The notes under the pieces were generated by a model, which ran no database searches, was not told the DNA's origin, and saw nothing but the letters and a program-made list of their open reading frames with translations. A DNA stretch of 64,000 nt from NCBI GenBank assembly GCA_963717465.1, contig OY970340.1, positions 1,952,001-2,016,000 on the forward strand. The letters run 5' to 3'. Positions 1 to 10,135 of the stretch are shown one piece after another; within the stretch, counting starts at the first letter, position 1, and every line of letters starts with the position of its first letter. This DNA comes from Candidatus Bathyarchaeota archaeon (lineage in GTDB: Archaea > Thermoproteota > Bathyarchaeia > Bathyarchaeales > Bathycorpusculaceae). Position numbers and translations under genes: made by a program.

Positions 1-343
1 TTCTTTGTGGCAGATCACTTGGATTTAAAAAATTAATTTCAGATACAGATTATGTGTGCGTAAAGCTTTAAGGGTAAATTCTCAAAACATTGTTTGGGGT
101 TAAGCTGGACTGCAGTTGATGGCTCGCCATCACATTTGCATCTCCGCATAAACTTAACCCCCCTTACCCTCAACTTACTTCTAAAAAAATTATCGCTAAA
201 AACTTGCTTGCTATGCAACGAAGTGATGCTGAACAAAAGTTTAGACTCTGTCGATACAATTACTTAAAAATAAAAGTGATTAATCATGACATTAGTTGAC
301 TGCAATGAATGATGATAATTAGGAAGCGTCAGAAAACCTGAGG

Positions 344-933
344 ATGGTTAAGCCTAATTCTTTTCCAGCTTTGCCTTTTCTGACTTTGGAGGAACAAAGA
401 GAACGTCGAGAAAAGCGATTCACTGTGTTCGTAAATAATGCTGAAGTCTCGGATAACATGGAAAATCTCGGAAAACCAAGTCATACTCAAACTTTTCAGT
501 TGAAAATTGCTGCTCGACGTCATCGAGTTTATGAGTTGCATGCTTTAGGGTTGAAGCATCTTCAGATTCAAGAGGCTCTTGCTAAGGAAGGGCAGTTTTG
601 GAGTTTAGAATACAATCGTGAGGATTTGAGAAGTGAGACAACTGAGGAAAAGCGTCAGGAGCTTGAGCGTTTGCAGTCTTGGGATATTGCTATGGAAGAG
701 GTTCGTAAAGTCAGTTGGAGTTTCGTGTTCGATTTGATTGAGCATTTTACGCCTCGTAAGAGTCCAGATGTGTAGGTTCAATTAGCCAATCAAGTAAAAT
801 TTGAAGAAAATCGACAATACGAAAATAACTTGCTAAAGACGCTGTCGCCAGAAGACCAAAAAGTACTCTTACAGCTGAAGAAATCCTTACACAAGCAAAT
901 CTGAAACAGCAAAATAAGTTAAACCGTAATTAA
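344..933 (+). pseudogene. Decayed paralog of the HTH terminase small subunit-like gene at 36670-37236
   Basis: RRHRVYELHALG..IQEAL..G..S..DLRS..ELERLQSWDIA aligns with TerS RRKLVFERRARG..IRTFL..G..S..DLRS..ELIRVQFRDIA. After TAG 773-775 the frame continues NNLLKTLSPEDQKVL, then shifts (~868) to LTAEEILTQAN, matching TerS DNLLSKMSEDEFEAILHAEEILRRAE. Stop at 931-933. Confidence 0.75.
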
Positions 934-942
934 TTTTTTTTA

Positions 943-968
943 GGTTGGTTGGATTAAATTTTAATCCC
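943..968 (+). repeat. 26-bp palindromic element, copy 1 (GGTTGGTTGGATTAAATTTTAATCCC)
   Basis: Identical to 1759-1784; 25/26 to the reverse complement of 4728-4753. Confidence 0.9.
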
Positions 969-1114
969 AAACCCAAACTCTGCTTCTCATATACCTCTCA
1001 ACATGCACAACACCAACACAACACAACATCAAATGATCCAAACACTTTTAGAAAGATAATTAGTGTGAGAAATTTTAAATAAAACATACTTCAAAATAGC
1101 TAACTGGTTTTTAT

Positions 1115-1513
1115 ATGAAAGGATTCAAATCCCATATTGAGAAGACCGTTGTGGGCAACCACTATTTCAGGCGTGTACTCTACACAGGCAAATACAGTCA
1201 GCTTGTTCTGATGAGCCTTAAGCCAGGCGAGGAAATTGGAGAAGAAGTTCACAGGAAAGTCGACCAATTCTTCAGATTCGAAAAGGGCACAGGAAAAGTC
1301 TCTATAGATGGCGTCAATAAATTAGTCACTAATGGAGACGCTGTTATAGTGCCTGCTGGAGCAAAACATAACGTAATTAATACATCAAAGACTAAGGAGC
1401 TTAAATTGTACACCATTTACTCGCCCCCAGAGCACAAGGACAAAACAATACGTAAAACAAAAGCTAATGCTTTAGCGAAACCAGAAGAGTTCGATGGGAA
1501 AACTAGCGAATAA
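1115..1513 (+). CDS. Cupin domain protein
   Basis: QLVLMSLKPGEEIGEEVH..DQFF and GDAVIVPAGAKHNVIN cupin motifs. Confidence 0.9.
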   Translation: MKGFKSHIEKTVVGNHYFRRVLYTGKYSQLVLMSLKPGEEIGEEVHRKVDQFFRFEKGTGKVSIDGVNKLVTNGDAVIVPAGAKHNVINTSKTKELKLYTIYSPPEHKDKTIRKTKANALAKPEEFDGKTSE

Positions 1514-1541
1514 TCCACTCTTTTTTTTATTTAGAGCACGC

Positions 1542-1655
1542 TTTTTTACACCCTTATATCATATTTTTAGTTTACAGTGGGTAATTTTTCCATCATTTTT
1601 TACCCCTCACCTTTATACTTTATGTTATATTTTTAGATTGAAGGGGTAATATTTT
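1542..1655. repeat. Two degenerate tandem units TTTTTTACnCC..ATATTTTTAG..GGGTAAT
   Basis: Units at ~1542-1589 and ~1596-1655, each with inverted TTAC(A/C)CC/GGGTAA ends. Confidence 0.5.
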
Positions 1656-1758
1656 TAGTATTTTTTCCTCCTCAAATATTATTAATATATGCCTATACCA
1701 ATATACCTATACCAACCTTGTATTTGTTCATGATTTTTTCTAAATTTTATGGTTGATT

Positions 1759-1784
1759 GGTTGGTTGGATTAAATTTTAATCCC
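1759..1784 (+). repeat. 26-bp palindromic element, copy 2
   Basis: Exact match to copy 1, inside a longer imperfect palindrome 1753-1808 (TTGATTGGTTGG..CCAACTAATCAA). Confidence 0.9.
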
Positions 1785-2110
1785 CAAAACCCAAACCCAA
1801 CTAATCAAACGCCTACACGCCTAACACGTACTGCCAACACGCTTTCCATTTCTTCTCTCTCTTATCCCCCTCAAAACACAATTACAATTACATACAATTA
1901 CAATTACAAAAAATTGAGCGTTAATCAGTCGCTCACTCCTTCCTCTACTTCCCTACTATATTCTATTTTTCTCTTCTCTCTTATGCACACACACAACGCG
2001 TATCACGTGTAGTGTATATCACTCGCGCGAATAATTAAGAATAGAGTGTATATACCTAAACCTCTTAAAATGAAAAGGAATTGAATGAATAGAGAATTAA
2101 GGAAGAAATT

Positions 2111-2875
2111 ATGAACTTATCAAATCTTTCAAGAACGGCGGTGAATACTCTCATTTGCCGAGCAGTTGAATCGGAATTGAAAAATTCCAAATTACATGAT
2201 CCTATGGCGGTTCAGATTTTAGAGACGTTGTTATCAATTTCGTCAGAAGAAGACAAGAAATGGATATTAAAGTGGAAAAAGAGGTATGGAAGTTTTTGGT
2301 CTGATGACAGGAGACAAGGTATTGAAAGGGTAAACAAGTTCGATAAGATAACAAAGGACTATATTTCCCAGAATAATAATTGCCATATCGTTAATCTGGG
2401 TTGTGGTCTGGATACCATGTACTGGCGAATCCAATCCGATACGTGCACATATATCGAACTGGATTTACCAGAAATTATTAATCTAAAAAAGGAACTTTTG
2501 GGGAATCAAATTCCCTATGAAATGATCGCATATTCTGTATTAGATACAAACTGGCTTGATACAATAACTGAACCCGGCAGTTCAAATTTTCTATTCATTG
2601 CCCAAGGATTACTCTATTATTTACCCAGAGACGGCGTTATTCATCTTTTTAAAACGATTTCGGAAAAAGTAAACAAATCTGAAATAGTATTTGATTTGAT
2701 GCCTCGCTTTTTAACAAGAGGGTTATTTAAATGGTTAGAGAAATTAGTTTTCGGAATTACGTTCACGTTTAGCGTGAAGAATGAATCCGAAATCGAATCA
2801 TTTGCGAACGGTCTCAAAGTTACATCCTTTGATAAGGCGTTCCCATTTCAATATATTACTGTTAACATAAATTAA
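2111..2875 (+). CDS. Class I SAM-dependent methyltransferase, leucine carboxyl methyltransferase (LCM)-like family
   Basis: IVNLGCGLDT, ELDLPEII and FIAQGLLYY motifs. Confidence 0.85.
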   Translation: MNLSNLSRTAVNTLICRAVESELKNSKLHDPMAVQILETLLSISSEEDKKWILKWKKRYGSFWSDDRRQGIERVNKFDKITKDYISQNNNCHIVNLGCGLDTMYWRIQSDTCTYIELDLPEIINLKKELLGNQIPYEMIAYSVLDTNWLDTITEPGSSNFLFIAQGLLYYLPRDGVIHLFKTISEKVNKSEIVFDLMPRFLTRGLFKWLEKLVFGITFTFSVKNESEIESFANGLKVTSFDKAFPFQYITVNIN

Positions 2876-2916
2876 ATCCTTATAGTGGACTATATCAATA
2901 GAGTTTAGTTTGTGGA

Positions 2917-2940
2917 TGCTCGCGGCGGAAGCCGCGAGTA
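2917..2940. terminator. GC-rich hairpin between convergent genes
   Basis: CTCGCGGC-GGAA-GCCGCGAG, a perfect 8-bp stem. Confidence 0.55.
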
Positions 2941-2952
2941 GTTCCCTTTCTT

Positions 2953-4533
2953 TTAGAACCTAGCCCCAGTTCCTACTTTGTCAACTGCGTAACCACCTAT
3001 CTGTAGTTTTTTGTCCCAGTTGGCTATGATTGCATTCATTCTGTCTGCTACATCTTTTGGTGGTAGTGGAGCAGGAAATTCCTTAACGATCTTGTTGTAC
3101 AAAGCAAATGCGCGGTCATCCATGTTTAACTTGTCTTCAATCCACCGTAAATATTGTCTTGTTTCGTATAGCCCATAACCGTGACGCATGGGATAGAATG
3201 CGTTGTCTAGTAATTTTGGAATGATCGTTTTATCTTTTAGGAAATCCCCCCTGGGACCTTTTGTAAGCCATGTTTCAGCCATAAAGGCATCGGGTGAAAA
3301 GTCGAATTCCTTAAGCTGAACCGCCATATTACGAATCCATTCAGCGGCTATAGCGTAACCCCAGGGATTGATTCCGTTTGGACCTACGGTTGCAGACCAA
3401 AATCCAGTTTGATCAGTACCACTAATCAACGCCAGCAAAAGACTACTAGTATTAATGCCCGCTTGCGTGTCTGACGCGCCCGCTGGACCTCCTATGCTTT
3501 GGCCGGGCCACATGGTCGCCTTTGGTGCACTGTATGTTCGGTGCCAAAAGTTAACATGAAGAGACAAAGCTGTGGTCAGTAAGCCTAATTGTTGGGTGTA
3601 TGGATCCATTGGCATCACTAGGTCATAGGTCATGACGGGGATATGCCCTTTTGCAATTCCATCTTTTCCCAGACCTAAACCAACGATCATTCCTGTGGAT
3701 GAAGCAACGGTTACTGCGTAAGCTCCAGTAATGCTTGAGGGGCCTTGGAAACCAGGTATGCAAACATCCGTGAAATCTATAAGCAGAGGCGTTCCTTTCT
3801 CCCAGCCTTCCAAGACGCCAGTCATTCTGTCACTAGTCTTTTGGCCATAAACTAAGCCTGGTGTGTCTCCATGGTTAGTTATGAACGGTCTCTTACGAAG
3901 CTCTTCAAACCCTCCCAGAACCTCAGCAGCTAACTCAGCGTAACATTCAACATGGTCAATTGCGTCAATGTGCCAAATATGCTTGGTATTGCACTGAATA
4001 TTGCTATTGAGATCATGAGTGTCCACTGGTAAGCCGGCTTCAGCCAAATCCATAGGTAAATACAAGGCACTTGTCATGTCGTACTCGGGGAAGAACTCAA
4101 AAATCTTCTGATCTCTCCAATTGTCTGCATCTGTCGCATCTCGGAATTCAAAAGTTCTTGTAGCTGGATCCCATTTGGAAAACAGAGCCATGACACCAAA
4201 TCCACCACAAAGGGTTCTTCCAGAATTGGCTTCTAAAATACAGTCTTCCTTAGGGTTCCTACCTGGCAGAATGAACAAGCTTGATAATGCATTTATGCCT
4301 TCCACTGCGAGAGATTGCGGTATCATAACAGTGCCTTTCTTCTCGTCAACAATAGTGCAGCCTAAATCCTTGTAGATTTTTTGTAGCTTAGGAGTGACGC
4401 CGCCTATTCCAACTTTTTCTAATAGAAACATTGCATTCTCATGAATTTTCATGAGCTCCTCTTTAGTGGCTATCGGAGGAGTAAACCTTGTAGATGCACG
4501 TATTCCATATCTCATTTTTTTTTTACTTCCCAT
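2953..4533 (-). CDS. mttB: Trimethylamine methyltransferase (MttB) superfamily protein, non-pyrrolysine, divergent
   Basis: IHENAMFLLEKVG, F.LPGRNP, NTKHI, SDTQAG and GPRGDFL motifs; 526 aa with no in-frame TAG. Confidence 0.75.
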   Translation of the reverse strand: MGSKKKMRYGIRASTRFTPPIATKEELMKIHENAMFLLEKVGIGGVTPKLQKIYKDLGCTIVDEKKGTVMIPQSLAVEGINALSSLFILPGRNPKEDCILEANSGRTLCGGFGVMALFSKWDPATRTFEFRDATDADNWRDQKIFEFFPEYDMTSALYLPMDLAEAGLPVDTHDLNSNIQCNTKHIWHIDAIDHVECYAELAAEVLGGFEELRKRPFITNHGDTPGLVYGQKTSDRMTGVLEGWEKGTPLLIDFTDVCIPGFQGPSSITGAYAVTVASSTGMIVGLGLGKDGIAKGHIPVMTYDLVMPMDPYTQQLGLLTTALSLHVNFWHRTYSAPKATMWPGQSIGGPAGASDTQAGINTSSLLLALISGTDQTGFWSATVGPNGINPWGYAIAAEWIRNMAVQLKEFDFSPDAFMAETWLTKGPRGDFLKDKTIIPKLLDNAFYPMRHGYGLYETRQYLRWIEDKLNMDDRAFALYNKIVKEFPAPLPPKDVADRMNAIIANWDKKLQIGGYAVDKVGTGARF

Positions 4534-4727
4534 CTTTTTATGTGCCTTCTAGCACACAATTGAATATGCGCGCTAGCGCATTTAAGATTAGATTACAAAC
4601 CAGCGTAATTTTTTCCATAAAATCGTGAAATTTGTCGTAAATATTACTAAGAATTGCATCATTCACATATTATTTTAGCACAACGTTAACAAATTTTCTC
4701 AATTGAAACGTTCGTTGGGTTGTATGT

Positions 4728-4753
4728 GGGATTAAAATTTAATCTAACCAACC
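4728..4753 (-). repeat. 26-bp palindromic element, copy 3 (inverted)
   Basis: Reverse complement GGTTGGTTAGATTAAATTTTAATCCC, 25/26 identical to copies 1 and 2. Confidence 0.9.
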
Positions 4754-4949
4754 AACAACAGACAAATAAATAAAAATAAAAAAAGCACTCCCTCACAAAC
4801 TCAAACTAGCACTTGCTCTCACTCACTCTCTCATGCTAACAAACAAACGAGTTTTTTCTTATCCGTTGTTGTATTTCATGGATTCTTGCCATGACTTGAA
4901 ATCGACATAAACGATCCCCGAGCTTTTTGTTTGTATAAATTTGAAAAAA

Positions 4950-5141
4950 TTATGGCGAACTTGGTTTAGTTGGTTTGGGTTCTGCTTCTCTGACTGCTTT
5001 TACTAATGCAGTTGCTGCATAGATAGCGCCGATTAAACCGACCGTAAAGAACAAGATGGTACCAATAATTTGCAGGAGTGTCCATGCAACTAAGCTACCA
5101 ACTGGCGTAGTTAGCCACGGTGCAACTGCACCAACGAACAC
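4950..5141 (-). CDS. Small membrane protein or gene remnant
   Basis: Hydrophobic ORF; in-frame TAG a short way upstream. Confidence 0.3.
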   Translation of the reverse strand: MFVGAVAPWLTTPVGSLVAWTLLQIIGTILFFTVGLIGAIYAATALVKAVREAEPKPTKPSSP

Positions 5142-5467
5142 TACAATGTACAGAGCCAGATAAACAACAGATACCCGATTCTAATCATTCAGTTTCACAT
5201 CTTATTTTGGAGTATTGCTGCGATAGTTTTGGTATGAGCTACTTGATCTATGTTTTACCACTCCAATTAACATCCAATTAACAAAATAAAGAAATTATAA
5301 AAGAATTTTGACAAGATACTTCTTGAAATGTACCATCCCTTAGCAACTTGCCCAATATCCTGGTTATTTTGACTGTGAAAGTGTACATTTTAAACATCGG
5401 ATTGTGGGCATAATTGAGAATAAATCTTAAATAAAATAAGGCTCAACAGACTTTGTTGGCGAAAATG

Positions 5468-5578
5468 TGGTGGGGCTGCCCGGATTTGAACCGGGGTCTA
5501 TAGCGTTCTCTGCAAGGCTCGCATCCTGTAGCCAAGCGCCCGAGGCTACAAGCCTGGACCAAACTAGCCGACAGCCCC
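5468..5578 (-). tRNA. tRNA-Pro(CGG) with 33-nt intron (5506-5538) at position 37/38, CCA encoded
   Basis: GGGGCTG/CAGCCCC acceptor stem, GGTTCAAATCC T-arm, GTAGC/GCTAT anticodon stem, BHB-like pairing. Confidence 0.92.
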
Positions 5579-5756
5579 AAATAATTTGTTACTTTTTTGC
5601 TGAGGTGTTAGAGTAAACACTGTTTAGGCATTAAACCTTAACGGTTGACTAAATAACAAAGATTGAAAACTGGGCTGGCTTGCCTTCCGTTCCAAACGCT
5701 GACTATCACTATGACTGTTTTCCTTACGAGTTGCTTGACCTTGGATCATTAGTTGC

Positions 5757-6518
5757 CTATGCATTAGAATCGTTTGAGTTTGAGTCCACACTTGTACGCT
5801 CAGCGTCATTAAACGGCGTACTCAAAACCTCTTTGACTTTGTTGGTAATCACTGGTCCAAGTCCATGCACTACTTTGGGCCAGTCAGCGATGTTGATGAG
5901 CGCATTTAGAGGCGTTTGGTAGGCTTCAAGAATAGCTTTCGCTTTTTCGCTGCCGACGTTTGGCAAACTGGCTACTAAGTAAATTTGGGCGTCGGCTAAA
6001 GTTTCGCATTTTTTGAAAGCATGCACTGTGGGAAAACGCTTTTCAGTAATCTGCTCTTGTCTAGCGGCTACGTAAAGAAAATCGATTGTTTCTTTGTAAG
6101 ATGCAGTATTAACTAGTGAAATCCCGTTTTTTGCTAAGTTAAACATTGCACCCCAAACAGCTGCAGGCTGAATATTGCTGAACTTATAAACGATTGGCAA
6201 ATACCCTTCCAAAATCATAAGTGATTTTGGGTAGGCTTCTTTGAGCTGAAATATCTGCTCAAAAAGGTACCTTCTAGTAAGTGTATAAACAAAATCCTGA
6301 ACTGTTTTTCGCTCAACTGCGCACTGGTCTGAGAGAATATAGTCGCCTTTTTCTAACTTTTCAGTTTTAATCTTTACTCCACGCTCAACTAATCCAATAA
6401 CAATTTTAGAGGCGGAGTTAGCTTCACGACTATCCACAATTATTGATAGTTCTTCCTCAGTGTTTTTTTTGCCTTTTACGTATGGCAGTAACGTATCTGA
6501 GCCTGACAAAGCATTCAA
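5757..6518 (-). CDS. xpf: ERCC4/XPF structure-specific endonuclease (short form: nuclease + HhH)
   Basis: IIVDSRE, GDYI, VERKT..DF and LPNVG/GLG HhH motifs. Confidence 0.9.
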   Translation of the reverse strand: MNALSGSDTLLPYVKGKKNTEEELSIIVDSREANSASKIVIGLVERGVKIKTEKLEKGDYILSDQCAVERKTVQDFVYTLTRRYLFEQIFQLKEAYPKSLMILEGYLPIVYKFSNIQPAAVWGAMFNLAKNGISLVNTASYKETIDFLYVAARQEQITEKRFPTVHAFKKCETLADAQIYLVASLPNVGSEKAKAILEAYQTPLNALINIADWPKVVHGLGPVITNKVKEVLSTPFNDAERTSVDSNSNDSNA

Positions 6519-6882
6519 CTCAAAATACGTAACCTTGCCTTCGCTATATTTTATTTACGCTCAAAAAACAATTCCAGCAACTTTACACTTGAGCGTATTT
6601 TCTAAAAAAGTTTATTCGTATCTTTTTAGAAACAAAGGTTTGCCAGCTTCCTTGCGTCTTTCCTTTAACGGCACGTCCCGCAAAGAGATAACTGCCACAT
6701 CATAATTTGAAAATTCAACAAAATTTTTTAATTCTTTTTTATTAACCATCAATTTTTCCCTTTGCTAAAACTAAACAAATTCAGCATAAAATATTAGCAA
6801 TTGTGATTGTACTATTACAACAACTAAAATTATCGATTATAATAAAAAATGGTTGCAAAAATCAAAAAATAGAACAGGGTTT

Positions 6883-8187
6883 TTATGGACCCTTTTTGGT
6901 AATTTCTTTAACTGCACCAGCTGCGACTGTGGTGCCCATGTCTCTAATCGCAAATCGCCCGAGTTCTGGAAAATCAGTGAAAGTTTCGATTGCAATCGGG
7001 TGAAGTGGCTCCATTCTTACCCAAGCTGCATCTCCAGTCTTTAGGAAACTAGGATGCTCTTCAGTGACTTGACCTGTTCGCGGATCAATCTTCTTGACGA
7101 GTTCAGTGAACCTGCATGCAATTTGACCTGTGTGGTAGTGTAGAACTGGAGTGTAGCCTGCTGCAATTGCTGTCGGATGATAAATGACAATTATTTGGCC
7201 TATGAATTCTTTTGCAACTGTTGGCGGATTATCGGTTGGTCCAGCAACGTCCCCACGGTGTACGTCAGTCTTTGAAATGCCTCTAACGTTCATTCCAATG
7301 TTGTCACCTGGTTCAGCCTGTGGAATTGCAGTGTGATGCATTTCTATAGATTTGACTTCAGCTGTCTTGTTAGAAGGCATGAATATAACGTTTTGACCTG
7401 GTTTTAGAATGCCTGTTTCAACTCGTCCTACTGGAACTGTTCCGATTCCAGTGATGCTGTAAATGTCCTGAATTGGAACACGTAATGGCTTGTTTGTTGG
7501 TTTAGCAGGTATTTCTAACAGATCTAAAGAGTCAATTAAAGTTGGACCAGTGTACCAAGGTAACTTATCGCTTTTCTTAGTCAAGTTGTCGCCTGTCCAG
7601 CCTGAAACTGGAATAAAGTTTATCTTTTCAACCTTAAAGCCTACCATTTTGAGCATACGTGAAACTTCATTCTTTATTTCTTCATACCTGTCTTTGCTCC
7701 AGTTAACAGATACGTCATCCATTTTGTTAACTGCAACAATCAATTGCCTAATGCCTAACGTGAATGCAAGAAACGCGTGCTCGCGTGTTTGACCTCCAGG
7801 GCCAATTCCCGCTTCAAACTCGCCTTTTTTAGCCGAACAGAAAAGCACAGCAGCATCAGCTTGGCTTGCACCCGTAATCATGTTCTTAACGAAGTCCCTG
7901 TGACCAGGCGCATCGATTACTGTATAATTGAATTTCTTTGTTTGGAATTGCAGGAAACGTAAGTCAATTGTAACTCCTCTTTCTCGTTCTTCTTTCAAGT
8001 TGTCAAGTACCCAAGCATACTTGAACGTGCCTTTACCCATTTTTTCAGCTTCTTCTTGATAAGCTTTGATTGTTCTTTCATCGATTGCACCTGCTAAGTA
8101 AAGTAGATGTCCTGTTGTTGTGGATTTTCCGTGGTCAACGTGCCCCATGATAATAAGATTTAAATGGGGTTTCTCGCTTTTGCTCAT
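6883..8187 (-). CDS. tuf: Translation elongation factor EF-1A
   Basis: [56 protein letters not shown]; probable start ATG 8187. Confidence 0.98.
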   Translation of the reverse strand: MSKSEKPHLNLIIMGHVDHGKSTTTGHLLYLAGAIDERTIKAYQEEAEKMGKGTFKYAWVLDNLKEERERGVTIDLRFLQFQTKKFNYTVIDAPGHRDFVKNMITGASQADAAVLFCSAKKGEFEAGIGPGGQTREHAFLAFTLGIRQLIVAVNKMDDVSVNWSKDRYEEIKNEVSRMLKMVGFKVEKINFIPVSGWTGDNLTKKSDKLPWYTGPTLIDSLDLLEIPAKPTNKPLRVPIQDIYSITGIGTVPVGRVETGILKPGQNVIFMPSNKTAEVKSIEMHHTAIPQAEPGDNIGMNVRGISKTDVHRGDVAGPTDNPPTVAKEFIGQIIVIYHPTAIAAGYTPVLHYHTGQIACRFTELVKKIDPRTGQVTEEHPSFLKTGDAAWVRMEPLHPIAIETFTDFPELGRFAIRDMGTTVAAGAVKEITKKGP

Positions 8188-8880
8188 TTTTTCTTCCTCA
8201 TTATTCAATTTACTTTAAATTTTAGTGAATTCGTTAACACATCAGTTCGACCAATTATTTTAAGTTTACTAATATAATTCTACGTTTACTAACTAGCACT
8301 CTAGACACCCCAAACCGTCTTGGCCGATTGAAAAGGGAAATATACTATCTTTCCGCGGACACAATCGATAATACTGGAAGTTTGCTACTTGTACAGTTTG
8401 ACGCATAAAGTTTTTCGGTCCTTTCTTCAACTCACATTTGGAAAATAGCTTACTAGCGGTTCTAACTATTTGGGCTTCTTAATCAACTTGACTAAAAATG
8501 ATGTCCACAATTTTGAGTATCAAATTTTGAACCGAGTTCAAGTTGTTAAGGCCTTAAACTATCAGCTAAACAATAGAATTGCGTTGATGGCATGCAGAGT
8601 TTTGGGGGCTGAGGTGAGGAGAAGAAAAATTGAGACTCTTTTCTTTTAGGACAAGGAAGTAAACCGTCAGCCTTACCCACTCTACGTGTCACCAGCTTTA
8701 TTTTTATTGTTGTATTGTGGTAATGTTGCCACATAAGCTTTAGTTACTCTTGTTTAGTTTATAAGTTTTATGGTAGATTTGTGATACTGGTGCTGTAAAA
8801 GTGTAGCTATAATTATTGTTGTCTTTTTAACATTTTCCTGATTCAATTACCCATAAATTTTTTATGGCAAACATGCCATA

Positions 8881-9324
8881 ATGCTCAATATACATGCTAT
8901 CATAGAAGGGAGAAGCAAGATATCGAAGGGCGCAAAGGAAATAAAAGATTTTCGCGGAGTCAGCCTGAAGCGTGAATTGGTTGAGCAGGTCGAACGTTTC
9001 GTAGTGGAGCATCCTGAGTACAAGAATATCGCTGACTTTGTACACGAGGCTGTACGCGTTAGGATGGAAGAAATTAGAAAAAGTTATCCCGTCGCCTTGC
9101 CCCGTTTTGAATATTTCATAGATTCAGAGCATAATGAAGTGCGAGTTACTGACCGCAAAATCAACCGGCAAACAGACATCTACTTCACAATCCAAGGAAT
9201 ATACTGCGAACTGGACAAGACTAACGATTGCCAGCATATCCAATACATCCTAACAATTCCAGAAATCCAAGAAATCATAAAGAAAAAACGAAAAGAAGGC
9301 TGGCAAAAACTACCCGACATCTAA
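8881..9324 (+). CDS. Ribbon-helix-helix protein with C-terminal C-x5-C-x-H motif
   Basis: GVSLKRELVEQVE..YKNIADFVHEAVR; CELDKTNDCQH. Confidence 0.7.
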   Translation: MLNIHAIIEGRSKISKGAKEIKDFRGVSLKRELVEQVERFVVEHPEYKNIADFVHEAVRVRMEEIRKSYPVALPRFEYFIDSEHNEVRVTDRKINRQTDIYFTIQGIYCELDKTNDCQHIQYILTIPEIQEIIKKKRKEGWQKLPDI

Positions 9325-9355
9325 ATTACAAAAATATTCAGCAAAGTTTGAATGG

Positions 9356-9676
9356 CTAACTTAGTTTCTTTCCGCATTTAAAGCAGAAACTGTCCCCTGC
9401 ATAATTTTTTTCGCCGCAACTTGGGCAGATAACTATTCCTCTTTGGGAAGCTTTCTTTATTTCCTCTTTTGCTTTGTCGAAAGCTTTTTTCATTTCATTT
9501 GAAATTTCTATAAAATCTTGTTCTAACTGCTTGCCTAGTTCCTCAAACATGTCTCTATAAGGCACAGATACGTTATCTTGAGCGCCTCGTGCTGTTTTTA
9601 CACCGCATTTTGGACAAAAATACGCGTTTTCAGGAAGTTCATTACCGCATTTAGAACAATAGACCATGCATACCAC
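9356..9676 (-). CDS. Double zinc-ribbon protein
   Basis: CSKC..CPKC and CPSC..CFKC flanking a coiled coil. Confidence 0.8.
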   Translation of the reverse strand: MVCMVYCSKCGNELPENAYFCPKCGVKTARGAQDNVSVPYRDMFEELGKQLEQDFIEISNEMKKAFDKAKEEIKKASQRGIVICPSCGEKNYAGDSFCFKCGKKLS

Positions 9677-9886
9677 TTTAATCTTACATGTTCAATAATC
9701 AAAGTTTTACTTAAACAATTTCTTTCAAAAAATTGATTTCAATCGTGTTTACTCGATACGTGGGGCCAATCTACGGTGAACTGCCGTTTTCCTTTTATTT
9801 AGATTTATTCGCATTCAAAGTTTAGCAAAAAGAATCCTAATATTTAAAGAAGACTATGTTATCTTAATGTAAATGAAAAGTGATAG

Positions 9887-10135
9887 ATGACGGCTAGTCG
9901 AAAAATTTTGGTAATCAAAGTTATAGGTCAAGCCTTGTTTTTATACGGCTTTTTAGCTTGGCTTTACGGAGTATTGATTAATCTTTTTTACCCTGATTGG
10001 CTTTCATTACAAGTATCGCATCTTACATCTTGGCTCAGAACCGACACTTTTACAATCTTAGCTTTTTTTGCTAGCGGACTTGGCTTCTTAATTTGGAGAT
10101 TAACAGCCGAGTTAACAAAACCCAACAAGGACTAA
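9887..10135 (+). CDS. Small two-helix membrane protein
   Basis: Two hydrophobic segments. Confidence 0.6.
   Translation: MTASRKILVIKVIGQALFLYGFLAWLYGVLINLFYPDWLSLQVSHLTSWLRTDTFTILAFFASGLGFLIWRLTAELTKPNKD

Noticed and set aside
943..968. Xer/dif site
   Set aside because: The arms are separated by only 1-3 nt rather than the 6-nt spacer of dif sites.
1749..2012. 87-aa ORF
   Set aside because: Translates the palindromic element and low-complexity tracts; likely spurious.
4515..4524. A10 tract at the mttB start as a phase-variation switch
   Set aside because: An in-frame ATG at the end of the tract would bypass any slippage.
6667..6679. 13-bp match AACGGCACGTCCC also at 54393-54405
   Set aside because: Matches of this length are expected by chance in 64 kb and the flanks barely align.
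8600..8700. Possible structured RNA (GGCTGA..TCAGCC pairing)
   Set aside because: Single short helix and no recognisable family motif.
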